Shown: positions 1-11,637, counted from the stretch's first letter. The stretch: DNA of 64,000 bases from Octopus sinensis (GCF_006345805.1 NC_042998.1:182838001-182902000); one strand, 5' to 3'. The notes: generated by a model not told the origin, from the letters alone. Made by a program: numbers and translations.

Positions 1-57
1 GTGACCATACGCAGAACACCCTTGTCGCGTATTTACACAAATAGTACATTATAGTCT

Positions 58-446
58 AGGAGGCGCAATAGCCCAGTGGTTAGGGCAGCGGACTCGCGGT
101 CATAGGATCGCGGTTTCGATTCCCAGACTGGGCATTGTGGGTGTTTATTGAGCGAAAGCACCTAAAGCTTAACGAGGCTCCGGCAGGGGATGGTGGTGAT
201 CCCTGCTGTACTCTTTCACCACAACTTTCTCTCACTCTTCCTGTTTCTGTTGTACCTGTATTTCAAAGGGCCGGCCTTGTCACTCTCTGTGTCACGCTGA
301 ATATCCCCGAGAACTACGTTTTGAGGGTACATGTGTCTGTGGAGTGCTCAGCCACTTACACGTTAATTTCACGAGCAGGCTGTTCCGTTGATTCGGATCA
401 ACCGGAACCCTCGTCGTCGTAACCGACGGAGTGCTTCCATCCATCC
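58..446 (+). mobile_element. Full-length tRNA-derived SINE (head H1 + tail T1) with 12-bp TSD
   Basis: A-box TAGCCCAGTGGTTA, B-box GGTTTCGATTCCC, (CCAT)n tail; target duplication ACATTATAGTCT at 46-57 and 447-458. Confidence 0.85.
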
Positions 447-684
447 ACATTATAGTCTGCTTATCGTTATTTGTCAAGGCTCATTTATTTTACTGGTAGG
501 AATAAAAGTAGCGGGCGTCATAGGGCAAGTAGTTATCAGTGAATGAATATGCAGTAGTATTTCCTATTTCTAACTTAAACCTCTGAGTAGGATTCTTTAT
601 ATTTTCACAATAGTGCGCATACTGCATTTGCTGGCGTATAAGACGTTCTCTCGTTTAAGACGTCTCCCCTACTTTATAAGTATA

Positions 685-1067
685 CTAGCAGTATCGCCCG
701 GCGTTGCTCGGGTTTGTAAGGGAAATAACTATATAAGCATTTTTAGAGAGTTATAGCCAAAAAATAGCAAAAAAAATGCATCAAAAATGAAAAACAAATT
801 TTTAAATCGTTGACTCATCGTAGACATTTTTAGAGAGTTACTTCCCTTATATAATAGCGAAAAATGCATTAAAATGGAAAAAAATGATGGTAATTTTTTT
901 TTAAATCGTAGACTCATCGTAGACGCGCGCTAATACCCAGAAGGGCTCGATATGAATCACGACTATAAGATACCCGGTTTTGGTTAAACTGCACCACAAA
1001 ATGTGGGAGTAGTTAGGAATCTAAATCGTAGGAGACAGACACACAATTTCACTTTTATATATAAAGA
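685..1067 (-). mobile_element. Non-autonomous Helitron (Lep1-like), 383 bp
   Basis: On the minus strand it starts TC (1067) and ends CTAG (685), with hairpin CCCG-N8-CGGG (697-712) just inside the 3' end; inserted between A and T with no TSD. Confidence 0.8.
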
Positions 1068-1547
1068 TTTTGTAGAAAAAAATACAAATTTAACATGTTT
1101 CATCATACGCTCATACACTCGATATCCCACCCGTGATACAGTCGCATTAGATACATGACAATTTTTGTTACATTTAAGAATTTTTTAAAAAGTGCGTCAT
1201 ATGACGTCATACACAGTACATACATGCATAAGTAGACATATACAAACTTACACATATATAGAAACCAAACGCCAGAAATACACACTCGCACACATACACA
1301 CAAAATCACACGCACATACATACGCGATATAATAACTAGAATAAAATCTGTGATTTAAACCAATGCTACATGTATAAATTAAATTAAGTTGAATACATCA
1401 GGTAGCTGTCAGAATCTGCTTCCATGACAATCTTTGCATCGATAGCAAAACAGAGTCATCATCTTGACAAGTGGGTTTGATCTTAATTGTCATTTGGTAA
1501 TTATGACACATCTCCTGCAGATTGAAATAATTTTATTAAAAAAATTT

Positions 1548-1618
<71 letters not shown>

Positions 1619-1689
1619 CGCTATGGACTCCGTGTGGGCAGTCATCTAAAAGTTTTTGTTCATCATGATGCTGACATAAGTTCCTTGTC

Positions 1690-1742
1690 TTTCCTGATGA
1701 GAAGGCGGCATAATGCACCCCTTATTCCTTCGAAATTAGGAA
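1690..1742 (+). ncRNA. Minimal hammerhead-ribozyme-like motif (Penelope-like fragment between (TA)n arrays)
   Basis: CTGATGA 1694-1700; stem II GAAGG/CCTTC; GAAA 1732-1735; then TTA and GGAA able to pair with TTTC (one G-U). Stem III is rudimentary. Confidence 0.55.
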
Positions 1743-1812
1743 TATGCAGTCTTTGAAACATATGTCGAGAATAAAGGAATTTTGTAAAATCGTCGTTCAA
1801 CTCCATTATTTC

Positions 1813-1842
<30 letters not shown>

Positions 1843-1847
<5 letters not shown>

Positions 1848-2065
1848 ATCCAAACAAGAAAACACAAAAAAAAAACCACAAAAAAAACACAACAACGCGA
1901 GGACGTGGAACAAATAAAGTATTATTGGACGCTCAGGAAAGAAGGGAAGAAGGAGGGTTAAACGTTTCGATCGGAGCTCTTCGTCGGAAACATAGGAGAA
2001 GGAAAGATCCAGAGAAGGGAAGACAGGGGAAAAAAATCGCCAACGGTAAACACGAGGTCACATAT
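1843..2065 (-). mobile_element. Penelope-like terminal-repeat fragment with hammerhead-like motif (CCGACGA core, about 1956-1993)
   Basis: Near-identical to 31538-31735. The minus strand reads TGTTT-CCGACGA-AGAGCTCCGATC-GAAACGTT. Confidence 0.6.
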
Positions 2066-2078
2066 ATATGTGTGTGTG

Positions 2079-2366
2079 TGGAGGCGCAATGGCCCAGTGG
2101 TTAAGGTAGCGGACTCACGATCAAAAGACCGGGTGTTGTGAGTGTTTATTGAGCGAAAACGCTTAAAGCTCCACGAGCTCCGGCAGGGAGTGGTGGTGAT
2201 CCCTGCTGTACTCTTTCGCCACAGCTTTCTCTCATTCCTTCTTCTGGTGGCCTGCTCGCTTAGCCAGTGGGGTGGCGTCTTTGAAGGCTAAAACAATGTG
2301 AAGCGCATTGTGACCAGCGATGTGTAGCAACATCTGATAGCCTGGTTGATCAAAGATCACGGTGCT
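2079..2366 (+). mobile_element. tRNA-derived SINE (head H1 + different tail T2)
   Basis: Shares the head and core with 58-240, then diverges into an unrelated tail; flanked by (TG)n and (TA)n. Confidence 0.75.
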
Positions 2367-2470
2367 ATATATATATATATATATATATATCCAATTCGAA
2401 TTGGCTAGAATGTAATGATGCAAGTTGTCCATCTCTATGTTGTTTTCATTGTGTCTTTCGTGTTGTAGAG

Positions 2471-2557
2471 CATCCTGATGAAGGGAGAGTCTGTTTCCTT
2501 TAAAATATGAAATTTATGTCATATTATCTGACACGTCTCCGAAACGGTCCGTCGATG
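2471..2557 (+). ncRNA. Type I hammerhead ribozyme with intact core
   Basis: Stem I CATC(2471-74)/GATG(2554-57); CTGATGA 2475-81; stem II GGAGA/TCTCC extended by AATATGA/TCATATT; GAAA 2541-44; stem III ACG/CGT with GTC loop; GUC cleavage triplet 2551-53. Confidence 0.75.
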
Positions 2558-2647
2558 AAACTTTGGGATCCATTGAACATTATCTTCGTATATTAGTATG
2601 TCCTTTTAATATTTTATAATTTCAAACTTTCCATTGGCCTTCGTGAT

Positions 2648-2950
2648 GTAACTTGTAAATTTTTATTCCTTTGTATCTTATCGTGTGAATTAATAATTCA
2701 ATATGTCTTATATCTTATCGATGTTTTCTATTTTGCCTGCGTATTTATAAATATTTTTAAATACCTACGAGTTTTTAGATATTTTATATGCTTGTGTTGT
2801 AACTTGTAAATTATTATTCCCTTATATCATATCGTATGAATTTATAATTCACCATGTTTTATATCGTATGGACGTTTTTTATATCTATGTATCTATTTAT
2901 GTGTTTATATATTTTAAAAATATTTTAAATATTTGCGTATTTTTAAATAT
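2648..2950. repeat. Diverged ~150-bp tandem duplication in AT-rich DNA downstream of the hammerhead
   Basis: GTAACTTGTAAATT..ATTCC..TATC..ATCGT.TGAATT.ATAATTCA recurs at about 2648 and 2799. Confidence 0.6.
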
Positions 2951-3227
2951 TAAATATTTATTTGTTTATATGCTTGTATGTTTTTAATACTATATTATTT
3001 CGAACTTTATATTGATTTATTAATGTCGAAGAAAGTACTTCCTCTAGTTTGCTTCCATTCAAAATATAAATTGTAACTTAGCTCAATTTGAGCACTTCGA
3101 TTCTAGCCTCTTCTATCTAAAAAAAAATAAAATAAAATAAAATTCCAGGTGAGTGATTTACAGGTACCAATGTCTTAATTTCTACACGAACACCTACAAG
3201 GCTTATTTATTTATATTTTCCTTTCCG

Positions 3228-4263
3228 CTGAACATTTTATTCGTGAACTGAACATTTTATTCGTGAACTGAACATTTTATTCGTGAACTGAACATTTTAT
3301 TCATGAACTGAGCATTTTATTCGTGAACTGAACATTTTATTCGTGGACTGAACATTTTATTCATGAACTGAGCATTTTATTCGTGAACTGAACATTTTAT
3401 TCGTGAACTGAATATTTTATTCATGAACTGAGCATTTTATTCGTGAACTGAACATTTTATTCGTGAACTGAGCATTTTATTCATGAACTGAACATTTTAT
3501 TCGTGAACTGAACATTTTATTAATGAACTGAACATTTTATTCATGAACTGAGCATTTTATCCATGAACTGAACATTTTATTCGTGAACTGAACATTTTAT
3601 TCGTGAACTGAACATTTTATTCGTGAACTGAACATTTTATTCGTGGACTGAACATTTTATTCGTGAACTGAACATTTTATTCGTGGACTGAACATTTTAT
3701 TCGTGGACTGAACATTTTATTCATGAACTGAGCATTTTATTCATGAACTGAGCATTTTATTCATGAACTGAGCATTTTATTAATGAACTGAACATTTTAT
3801 TCATGAACTGAGCATTTTATTAATGAACTGAACATTTTATTCATGAACTGAGCATTTTATCCATGAACTGAACATTTTATTCGTGAACTGAACATTTTAT
3901 TCGTGAACTGAACATTTTATTCGTGAACTGAACATTTTATTCGTGGACTGAACATTTTATTCATGAACTGAGCATTTTATTCATGAACTGAGCATTTTAT
4001 TCATGAACTGAGCATTTTATTCGTGAACTGAACATTTTATTCATGAACTGAGCATTTTATTCATGAACTGAGCATTTTATTCGTGAACTGAACATTTTAT
4101 TCATGAACTGAACATTTTATTCGTGAACTGAACATTTTATTCATGAACTGAGCATTTTATCCATGAACTGAACATTTTATTCATGAACTGAGCATTTTAT
4201 TCGTGAACTGAACATTTTATTCATGAACTGAACATTTTATTCGTGAACTGAACATTTATTCAT
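3228..4263. repeat. 20-bp minisatellite, ~52 copies, unit CTGAACATTTTATTCGTGAA
   Basis: Exact 20-bp periodicity with a few variant units (TCG/TCA/TAA/CCA, GAAC/GAGC, GTGAA/GTGGA); no spacers. Confidence 0.97.
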
Positions 4264-5353
4264 AACCTGAATTTTGGTTTGCATGCCTTTTCAATTTTAT
4301 TCATATTATGCACTTTCTTTTCTTTCAGTCGCATCGTCGCACGTTGCATTTTGTATGTACATATTTTTTCTCCGTCATTTTGAAAATGTATTGTTGCATA
4401 TACACACGCATGCACCTTTCCTCGGCGCCTGGCCTTGCGCACGCTTCTACACACATGGTTCATACACACACACACATGTTAACTCTGTCACATTCATGCA
4501 CCACACATGTCTTTCTCGCTTGTTTTCCATGCTCAATGCGCCCTTGTAGACACAACTCATCTCTATAAAACCCTAAGTCGGTCATGCATACATACATAGA
4601 GAAAATTGTCCCTTACAATGCGCCAGCATGCCACACTTGTTCCTGCACGATCGAGGCATATAATACCTCATGCACCGGCTGCCATATTCAACACTGCCTT
4701 AATCACTGACATATGCAATACTGTACACTGTATTCGTAATCAATGCACTAGCATTACTTCAGCCTTGCAAACCTCAGTCGCTCACCTGAGCTTATTTTAC
4801 AGTCAATTTCGAAACATGCACCTGCACTCCCGTATACGTCCTCCCGCGCACACACGTGCTCCTGCCCAGGCACTAACTGCACACATTTTGGCACTCAAAG
4901 CGACACCGCTGTTCGAATAGAAAACTGTCCCGCATACACTTCAATGATCCTCTCTCCTGATATGCAAACTTTCTCCCCCACCATGCATTTCTTTCTCTCT
5001 TTCGATCGTTCGTTTCCTTTCCCGGAACCTCACTGGCAAGGGGAGTGATGTAGTGAATCTTGCAAGCATGAAGTGGATTCGATCCACCATAGTCAAATTT
5101 AAATTAACACTTCAACAGAACTTTTCTCATGGCGGAACAATGGTTTTTCTCTGACAGCAGTTTTACATTTGCCAGATTGCTTTAGGTAGGCCGAAATAAT
5201 GTCTTCACCACTTGACCCTGATAACCTTTTCTACTTCACCAAAAGCTAGAATAGAGATATCACAGTACCACCAACGAAACCTTTTGTTCTCAACGATATG
5301 TCTATCCTTCTGGATAGTTATAAAAGCAAGAACGTGGCGGCTGACGAAATACC

Positions 5354-5572
5354 TATTTCTTTACTATCCACAAGGGGCTAAATACAGAGGGGACAAACGG
5401 ATTAAGTCAATTAGATCGACCCCAGTGCATAACTGGTACTTAATTTATCGACCCCGAAAGGATGAAAGGCAAAGTCGACCTCGGTGGAATTTGAACTCAC
5501 AACGTAACGGCAGACGAAATACGCTAAGCATTTCGCCCAGCGTGCTACCGTTTGTGCCAGCTCGCCGCCTTT
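5354..5572 (-). mobile_element. SINE family C (AAGGCGGCGAGCTGGCAGAA head; GTCGACTTTGCCTTTCATCCTTTCGGGGTCGATAAA core)
   Basis: Matches full copies at 22221-22453, 55388-55620 and 60851-61083. CpGs are largely retained. The core resembles the Meta/MESC-type SINE domain (from memory). Confidence 0.8.
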
Positions 5573-5677
5573 CTTCTGCTAAATATCAATAAAAAATATA
5601 TAGACATTCTCGTGTTTTGAGTTGTATTTTAATTGTTTGCATCGCCAAACCTGTACAAACACACGCGTACACATATA

Positions 5678-5680
<3 letters not shown>

Positions 5681-5718
<38 letters not shown>

Positions 5719-5785
5719 GTGTGCGTGTGTGTGTGCGTGTGTGTGTGTGTGTGGTGTGTGTGTGTGTGTGTGCGCGCGCGCGTGT
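5681..5785. repeat. (TG)n microsatellite ending in a (CG)n run
   Basis: Direct reading; alternating purine-pyrimidine tract. Confidence 0.95.
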
Positions 5786-6077
5786 GATGCGTTCTGACCC
5801 ACTGCATGGCATCTTGGACCAGTGTCTTCTACTATCGCGTCGGCCGACCAAAGTGTTGTGAGTGGATTCGTTTGATGGAAAAAAAGCCCGTCGTGTATGT
5901 GTGTGTGTGTGTGGTGTTTACTTAGCGGTTCGGCAAAGAGACCGATTGAATAAATACTAGGCTTCAAAATATTATAAGTCCTAGGGTCGATTTGTTCGAC
6001 TGAAACCCTTCAAAACGGTACCCCAGCATGGCCGCAGTCAAATGACTGAAACAAGTAAAAGCCAAAAGATAAAGATA
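5786..6077 (+). mobile_element. SINE family A (CORE-like), 5'-partial
   Basis: GTGTCTTCTACTAT..CCGACCAAAG core, internal microsatellite and tail CCCCAGCATGGCCGCAGTCAAATGACTGAAACAAGTAAAA, shared with more than 10 copies in the window. Confidence 0.8.
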
Positions 6078-6081
6078 TAAA

Positions 6082-6531
6082 CGAAGGGATGCTGTAAAGT
6101 TCCTGGTTTTAAAGCAATCCCGAAAAGCATGGTTGGAGGCCCAACCTTCCGAGTTTTTTTTTACAGGGCTTAGAAAAACTGAAGGACCACTGCAATGAGG
6201 GTGTTAATCTGAGAGGGGAATATGTTGAATAGAATCATAATCAACTGATCCTCTTGTATTTTCTTTTATCCAAAGCCAGGAACTATTCAGCAATCCCCTT
6301 ATACATATATACAAATGAGGGGTTGCTGAAAAGTTCCTGGTTTTAAGGGTATCTTGAAAGGCCTGATTGGGGGCCTAACCTTCTGAGTTCTTTTATAGGG
6401 CTTAGAAAAACTGAAGGTTCATTGCAATAAGTGTGTGAATCTGAGAGGAGAATATGTTCAATAAAATCGTAATTAACTGATCCTTGAGTATTTTCTTTTA
6501 TCCAAAGCAGGAACTTTTCAGCGACCCTTCG
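6082..6531 (+). mobile_element. Two head-to-tail mariner-derived MITEs (6082-6301, 6316-6531)
   Basis: TIR (C/T)GAGGGG.TGCTGAAAAGTTCCTGG / CCAGGAACTTTTCAGC.ACCCCT; the interior retains a transposase-like C-terminus, AWLEAQPSEFFLQGLEKLKDHCNEGVNLRGEYVE*. Confidence 0.8.
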
Positions 6532-6551
6532 TGTGTTGTGTGTGTGTGTGT

Positions 6552-6925
6552 ACGGGCATGGCTGTGCGGTTATGAAGCTCGCCTTACAACCTCATTCTTT
6601 CGGGTTCAGTCCCACCTTAGGACATGTGTCTTCTACTATAAGCCCCGGGCTGGCCAATGTCTTGTGAGTTAATTTGGTAGTGGGAAACTGCGGGGAAACC
6701 CATTGTATGTATGTGTGTGTCTTTGTGTTTGCATTTGACCCCCAACCGCTTGACAACTGATGTTAGTTTGTGCCTGTACCCGTAAACTAGCAATTCGGCA
6801 AAAGCAACCGACAAAATAAGTAATAGACTTAAAATATATGAACTGGGTCGATTTGTTCAACTAAATCATTAAAGGCAGTGCTCCAGCATGGCCGCAGTCC
6901 TTGACTGAAACAAATAACAGAAACC
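6552..6925 (+). mobile_element. SINE family A, full length
   Basis: Head GGCATGGCTGTGCGGTTATGAAGC..GGGTTCAGTCCCAC, core and tail as in the other copies. Confidence 0.8.
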
Positions 6926-6943
6926 AAAAGAAACATTATATAC

Positions 6944-6945
<2 letters not shown>

Positions 6946-7002
<57 letters not shown>

Positions 7003-7013
7003 ATACACATACA

Positions 7014-7087
<74 letters not shown>

Positions 7088-7099
7088 CACATACATACA

Positions 7100-7140
<41 letters not shown>
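6946..7140. repeat. Compound (TA)n/(TG)n microsatellite with internal block duplication
   Basis: Direct reading. Confidence 0.95.
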
Positions 7141-7143
<3 letters not shown>

Positions 7144-7430
7144 AGCACTCCGTCGGTCAACGGAACAGCCTGTTCGTGAAATTAACGTGCAAGTGGTTGA
7201 GCAATCCACAGACACGAGTACCCCTAACGTAGTTCTAAGGGAGATTCAGCGTGACACAGTGTGTGACAAGGTCGTCCCTTTGAAATACAGGTACTACTCA
7301 CTTTAGCCAGCTGAGTGGACTGGAGCAACGTGAAATAAAGTCTCTTGTTCAAGGACACAATGCGTCGCCGGGAATCGAACTCACGACCTTACAATCGTGA
7401 GCCAAATACCCTAACCACTAAGCCACGCGC
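7141..7430 (-). mobile_element. tRNA-derived SINE (head H2/CORE-like + tail T1)
   Basis: Minus-strand head GCGTGGCTTAGTGGTTAGGG..GAGTTCGATTCCC, core GTGTCCTTGAACAAGAGACTTTATTTCAC; the tail matches 255-435 (TACCTGTATTTCAAAGGG..GACGGAGTGCT). Confidence 0.8.
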
Positions 7431-7484
7431 TGTGCCCCAGCATGGCCGCGACCTTCGGGCTAAAACATTTTTAAGGATTTCAAG

Positions 7485-7614
7485 GATTTATATACACATA
7501 TATACATATATACACATATATAAGCAATAATAAATCTCTGAACGAGGTATGTATACATATGTATATATATACATATATGTATATATGTATGTATATATAC
7601 ATATATGTATATAT

Positions 7615-7673
<59 letters not shown>

Positions 7674-7796
7674 CCTACTGACAAACAGAGGAGAGGGAGA
7701 GAGAGAAAGAAACACTTATAGATATTTTATAGATATACGCATATGTATACAAATCTATATATGTACGCATATATACATATACATATATATATATAT

Positions 7797-7840
<44 letters not shown>

Positions 7841-7920
7841 GCATATATGTGTGCGTGTGTTGTTGCGCACGTGTGTGTCTACGTATGTACACACATGTAT
7901 ATACACACACATATACACAC
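7485..7920. repeat. Compound (TA)/(TACA)/(GA)/(CA) microsatellite region
   Basis: Direct reading; source of many spurious YIYI ORFs. Confidence 0.93.
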
Positions 7921-9540
7921 ACCAATCGTGTGTAATAAGTTCAGTGAATGGATGAGGTGGGAAGAAAAAAGAACTAAAACTATTTCATTGAATATGTCAG
8001 GCGGTACTGTTCCGATTGACTGAATTTCCCAGTCAATATTCGCTTTTCTACCTAATTACTAATTCGTGTTGGATGTATTTTTGCTATTAATTACTTCTAC
8101 GTTTTGGATCGAAATTCTTCGACATTAAAGCAGGTTACGAAAATATATCTAAAATGCTTCAGTAAATTTTTTTTTCTTTTTTTGCTATTTACAGCTGTTA
8201 CTTAGACATTTACGTAATGTTGCATCGCTGTTTTTGTTGATGGTTTTGGAACAAACAGCCATTACTGGCAATTAGTGAAGAAAGCCCGCAAAACATCGTT
8301 TTCATACGTTGGCTTAGCTTACGTTTTCTCCACTCTACTTTAAACTGTCAACCTCAAACAAACAACGCACGCACGCAACGCAAGATGACTTGACACGAAA
8401 ATTCTTAATCAATAACTAACAAGACTTGTACATATTTTACACTTCCTGTAAGCTGGTACCTTTCTTTATGTATCGACCAGAGGAAGCGACTAGCTTACTG
8501 TACTTTCACGTTTTTCTTCCTTTTTTCTTTCTTTGATTCTGTCTCTCTTTTCTCTCTCTCTCTCTCTTTTCTCTCTTTCTTTCTTTCTCTCTCTCTTGAC
8601 AATAATAACTAGATCACTATGTGATTTATACAGGCTTCAGTTTAAGTGTTACGAATAAATACTAAAATATTTCGGTTATCGAAAAAACGTATGCAATGTT
8701 TATCAAATAACAAATAATAATAATGATGATGATAATGATAATGATACTGACGGTAAATCAGGTGAAATCTTATCGGGAAAAAATGTTTTTCGTAGAAAAC
8801 AAAGAACGCGTAAAAATCTGTTCGGAACTAACACAAACACGAAGGAATAATTAGAGAAGATTTGGCGTTTTATTTATAGGAATCATTTTGCATTGTGTAT
8901 GTGCGTGTGTGTGTGTGTGTGTACATTCTGTCTCTTTCATGTTGGGATCCATGTACAAAAGGCAACAAAAAGAGCGGCACTTCTCAGATTAGTTGGCGGT
9001 GTATCTGCGTGTTTATATATATATATATATAAAAGGAAAAAAAATACAGGCTGTTTTAACAGTATTCATGTGTCTCATTGCAATGTGCGTGTGTCTGTGT
9101 GCAAAAATCAGGTGGAGGTGTGAAGCATCGCGGACTCACTCAGTGTAGGAGAGATGTAAAGCATGAACAGCGCAATAAGCAGGTAGCAATAACATACAGC
9201 TGAGTTTTGTGTTGGGGGGGAACAACGTTGTAGCTTGTTCTTTGTACTACAGTCACACACGCACCTATTTTTGTGTACATATATATACACCTACATACAT
9301 CCATATATATAAATATATATACATAAATATAATGTGTGTGCGTATGTATATATGTATTTATGTATGTTCCCGTCTGCAACAAATTGAGATACTTCTTTCC
9401 GCGTAGTTTTCCTTTGTGTGTATTATTTTCGTCTGCTCCAGTAGTTTTTTTTTTTCAAATCCTAATTTTCTCATTAACTGAGGTGGGCAAATCCCTTTTC
9501 CGTGCATGTTAATGTGTTATAAATATATACTTTAAATTTT

Positions 9541-9679
<139 letters not shown>

Positions 9680-10659
9680 GCAACAATATTCCATTTACTC
9701 AACTGCCACTAGTTGAACAAGCTAAAATGGGCATATATCATATTACATATCGCTTTTGATGAACTGCTGGAACGTGTCTTATTCCAGTACTTGAAGGAAT
9801 AAATTATTTTCGGAGATACTGACGTTTTGCTGAAAGATGGAGAAGTAGTAGGAATACCATAACTCTCCTTTTCTCGAAGGACTCTCTTGTCATTATCCCC
9901 GATCGTGTCTGCCAAGCAATATGTGTACTACTATCGAACTGTAGTGATACGTTAGTTGGAGATTCCTATCTGCTACTACTACAACAATTTACTTGTAGAT
10001 ATTCAAACAACTCACGTATTTAGTGGAGAACGAGAATCCAGCAGATTATATTTCCTTTTATTTTCTTTCTTCTCTTTCTCTCTTTTACATAACAACCTCA
10101 TCCAGCTTAAGTGATTTATATAACAATCAAAGACCCGAAGAATGCACCTTCCTTTCTCCTCTTTTTTACTTTGTTGATACCGCTACTATTTTTTCTTTTT
10201 TTTTTGTTAAAGTGTTGTTGCTGTTGTTGATATTGTTACTAACGCTTCTGGCTGGAATTAGTACTGTGATGGGAACATATGAGAAGAAATAACACACATA
10301 TGCTTTACACATTTATAATTTATATACACACGAATATATGTATGTACATATATGAAATTTGATAACACACTTTAATTCTGGCATCAAAAGTACTAGCTTT
10401 TCGGATGCGCTTTGCCTTGTCACTGTTAATTATCGCTGTCATCTTTACTCCTACCTGGAATCTATATTGTTCACACCTGACACGTGTGTGTTTTCCGTTC
10501 ACTATAAAGAAGTTAAATCATTTTTCACATCACCATTTTATTAACAACCTGTTTTTACAACAACAGATATGGTTATTAACAGCGGGTTTCACAAAGTGAA
10601 ACAACCAAGTTTACTTAAAAGCCTTCACCAAACAGTAACCACCCTTAATAGGTGCCGCC

Positions 10660-10765
10660 TCTTACAACTTGACGTTGAACTGTCACTGGTTTGAAGCAGA
10701 GAAGTGTTGGATTGGCCGCTGGAACCTTCTTACCTGCGTCGACTTGTTTAGGCAATTCAGTCTTT
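10660..10765 (+). promoter_or_regulatory. Candidate slo proximal promoter (CRE half-site, reverse CCAAT box, Inr-like)
   Basis: TGACGT 10670-10675, GGATTGGCC (reverse CCAAT) 10709-10717 and TCAGTC Inr-like 10757-10762, in unique CpG-retaining DNA ~500-600 bp upstream of the ATG. These are short motifs only. Confidence 0.25.
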
Positions 10766-11271
10766 CAAAGCCTAAATACATCTATTTTAGTTTCATTCTT
10801 CATCCATAATGTTCTGTGTTGTGTTTTACTGTGCGATTCCCGTTTCTCACCACACGAAATACAAACCTTCACGGAGGGGATATGTACACCAATATTTTGA
10901 TATAAACAATATAACTTAATTCAATTACAATAATATCACCATGCAAACATGAACAAAAACACCACGATAAAACATTTCTTTCTGACTGTTTCGTTCACCA
11001 GATAATTGATAAACAAAATAAACGCGTTTCTATTCCATTGCTGGGATGCGAAGAAAAGGTGACATTTCATACATACAGAAAAAAGTGAAGATTAAAAGAA
11101 AAATATTATTTTGTTTTTATTCAAGTGTTTTTAAGAAAAGAACAATTTGAAATAAGGACATCCTAATTTCAAATCTCTGCGTGTAAATATATATACATAT
11201 ATATATATGTTGTGAAGGAAAACCAAGCAGCAAGTCCCTCGTTCACCCCAGATACTGCTCTTTTGTATAAT

Positions 11272-11631
11272 ATGTCGCTCACTAATTGTTCCGACCTTGG
11301 TGATTCAAAAACCAACACCTCCGCCTCTTATGATTACAAATGCGAAGATCGACAATGGAATGTATTTCTTATGTCCAGTTTGATTACCTTCTCATCGGGG
11401 TTAGTTGTTATTATTATATGTCGGATAGTTAATTTACTGTGTTGTCGTCACAGAAACAATCCAAATGTCGCGGCGAACAGTAAATCTCTGGCAGCAGCTG
11501 GCCAAGGGGCCGCTGCTACTGGACAGAAACCTTTTCTCAGGACATCGGACCCTGAAATCGGGTGGATGACTGAAGCTAAAGATTGGGCGGGTGAATTAAT
11601 ATCCGGACAAACTACAACAGGACGAATCCTG
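11272..11631 (+). CDS. slo: First coding exon of BK (Slo1, slowpoke/KCNMA1) large-conductance Ca2+-activated K+ channel alpha subunit: extracellular N-terminus, S0 helix, S0-S1 linker; partial gene
   Basis: ORF 11212-11730 contains [25 protein letters not shown] (S0), LLCCR and [23 protein letters not shown], which matches the invertebrate Slo1 motif I recall (Drosophila [25 protein letters not shown]). First ATG is at 11272 (A at -3), with an in-frame stop upstream at 11164-11166. Similarity ends exactly at CTG|GTAAGT (11631/11632, phase 0). The start codon is less certain than the identity; a possible acceptor CCCCAG| lies at 11251. Confidence 0.93.
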
Positions 11632-11637
11632 GTAAGT
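11629..11637 (+). other. 5' splice donor opening a very long slo intron (at least 52 kb within the window)
   Basis: CTG|GTAAGT consensus donor at the point where Slo1 similarity stops; the expected next exon (VVLVF.LSIASL..YF) was not found downstream by eye. Confidence 0.88.

Noticed and set aside
58-135. tRNA genes at SINE heads (also 2079, 7360-7430, 40940, 41808)
   Set aside because: A and B boxes are present, but there are no complete acceptor/anticodon stems and the heads continue into SINE cores and tails.
3146-3154. Perfect CAG|GTGAGT donor upstream of the minisatellite
   Set aside because: No supportable exon upstream; isolated motif at a repeat boundary.
9745-9800. TGATGA followed by a CTGGAA/TTCCAG hairpin
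   Set aside because: Lacks C3 and an adjacent GAAA-stem III-NUH; an ordinary short hairpin.
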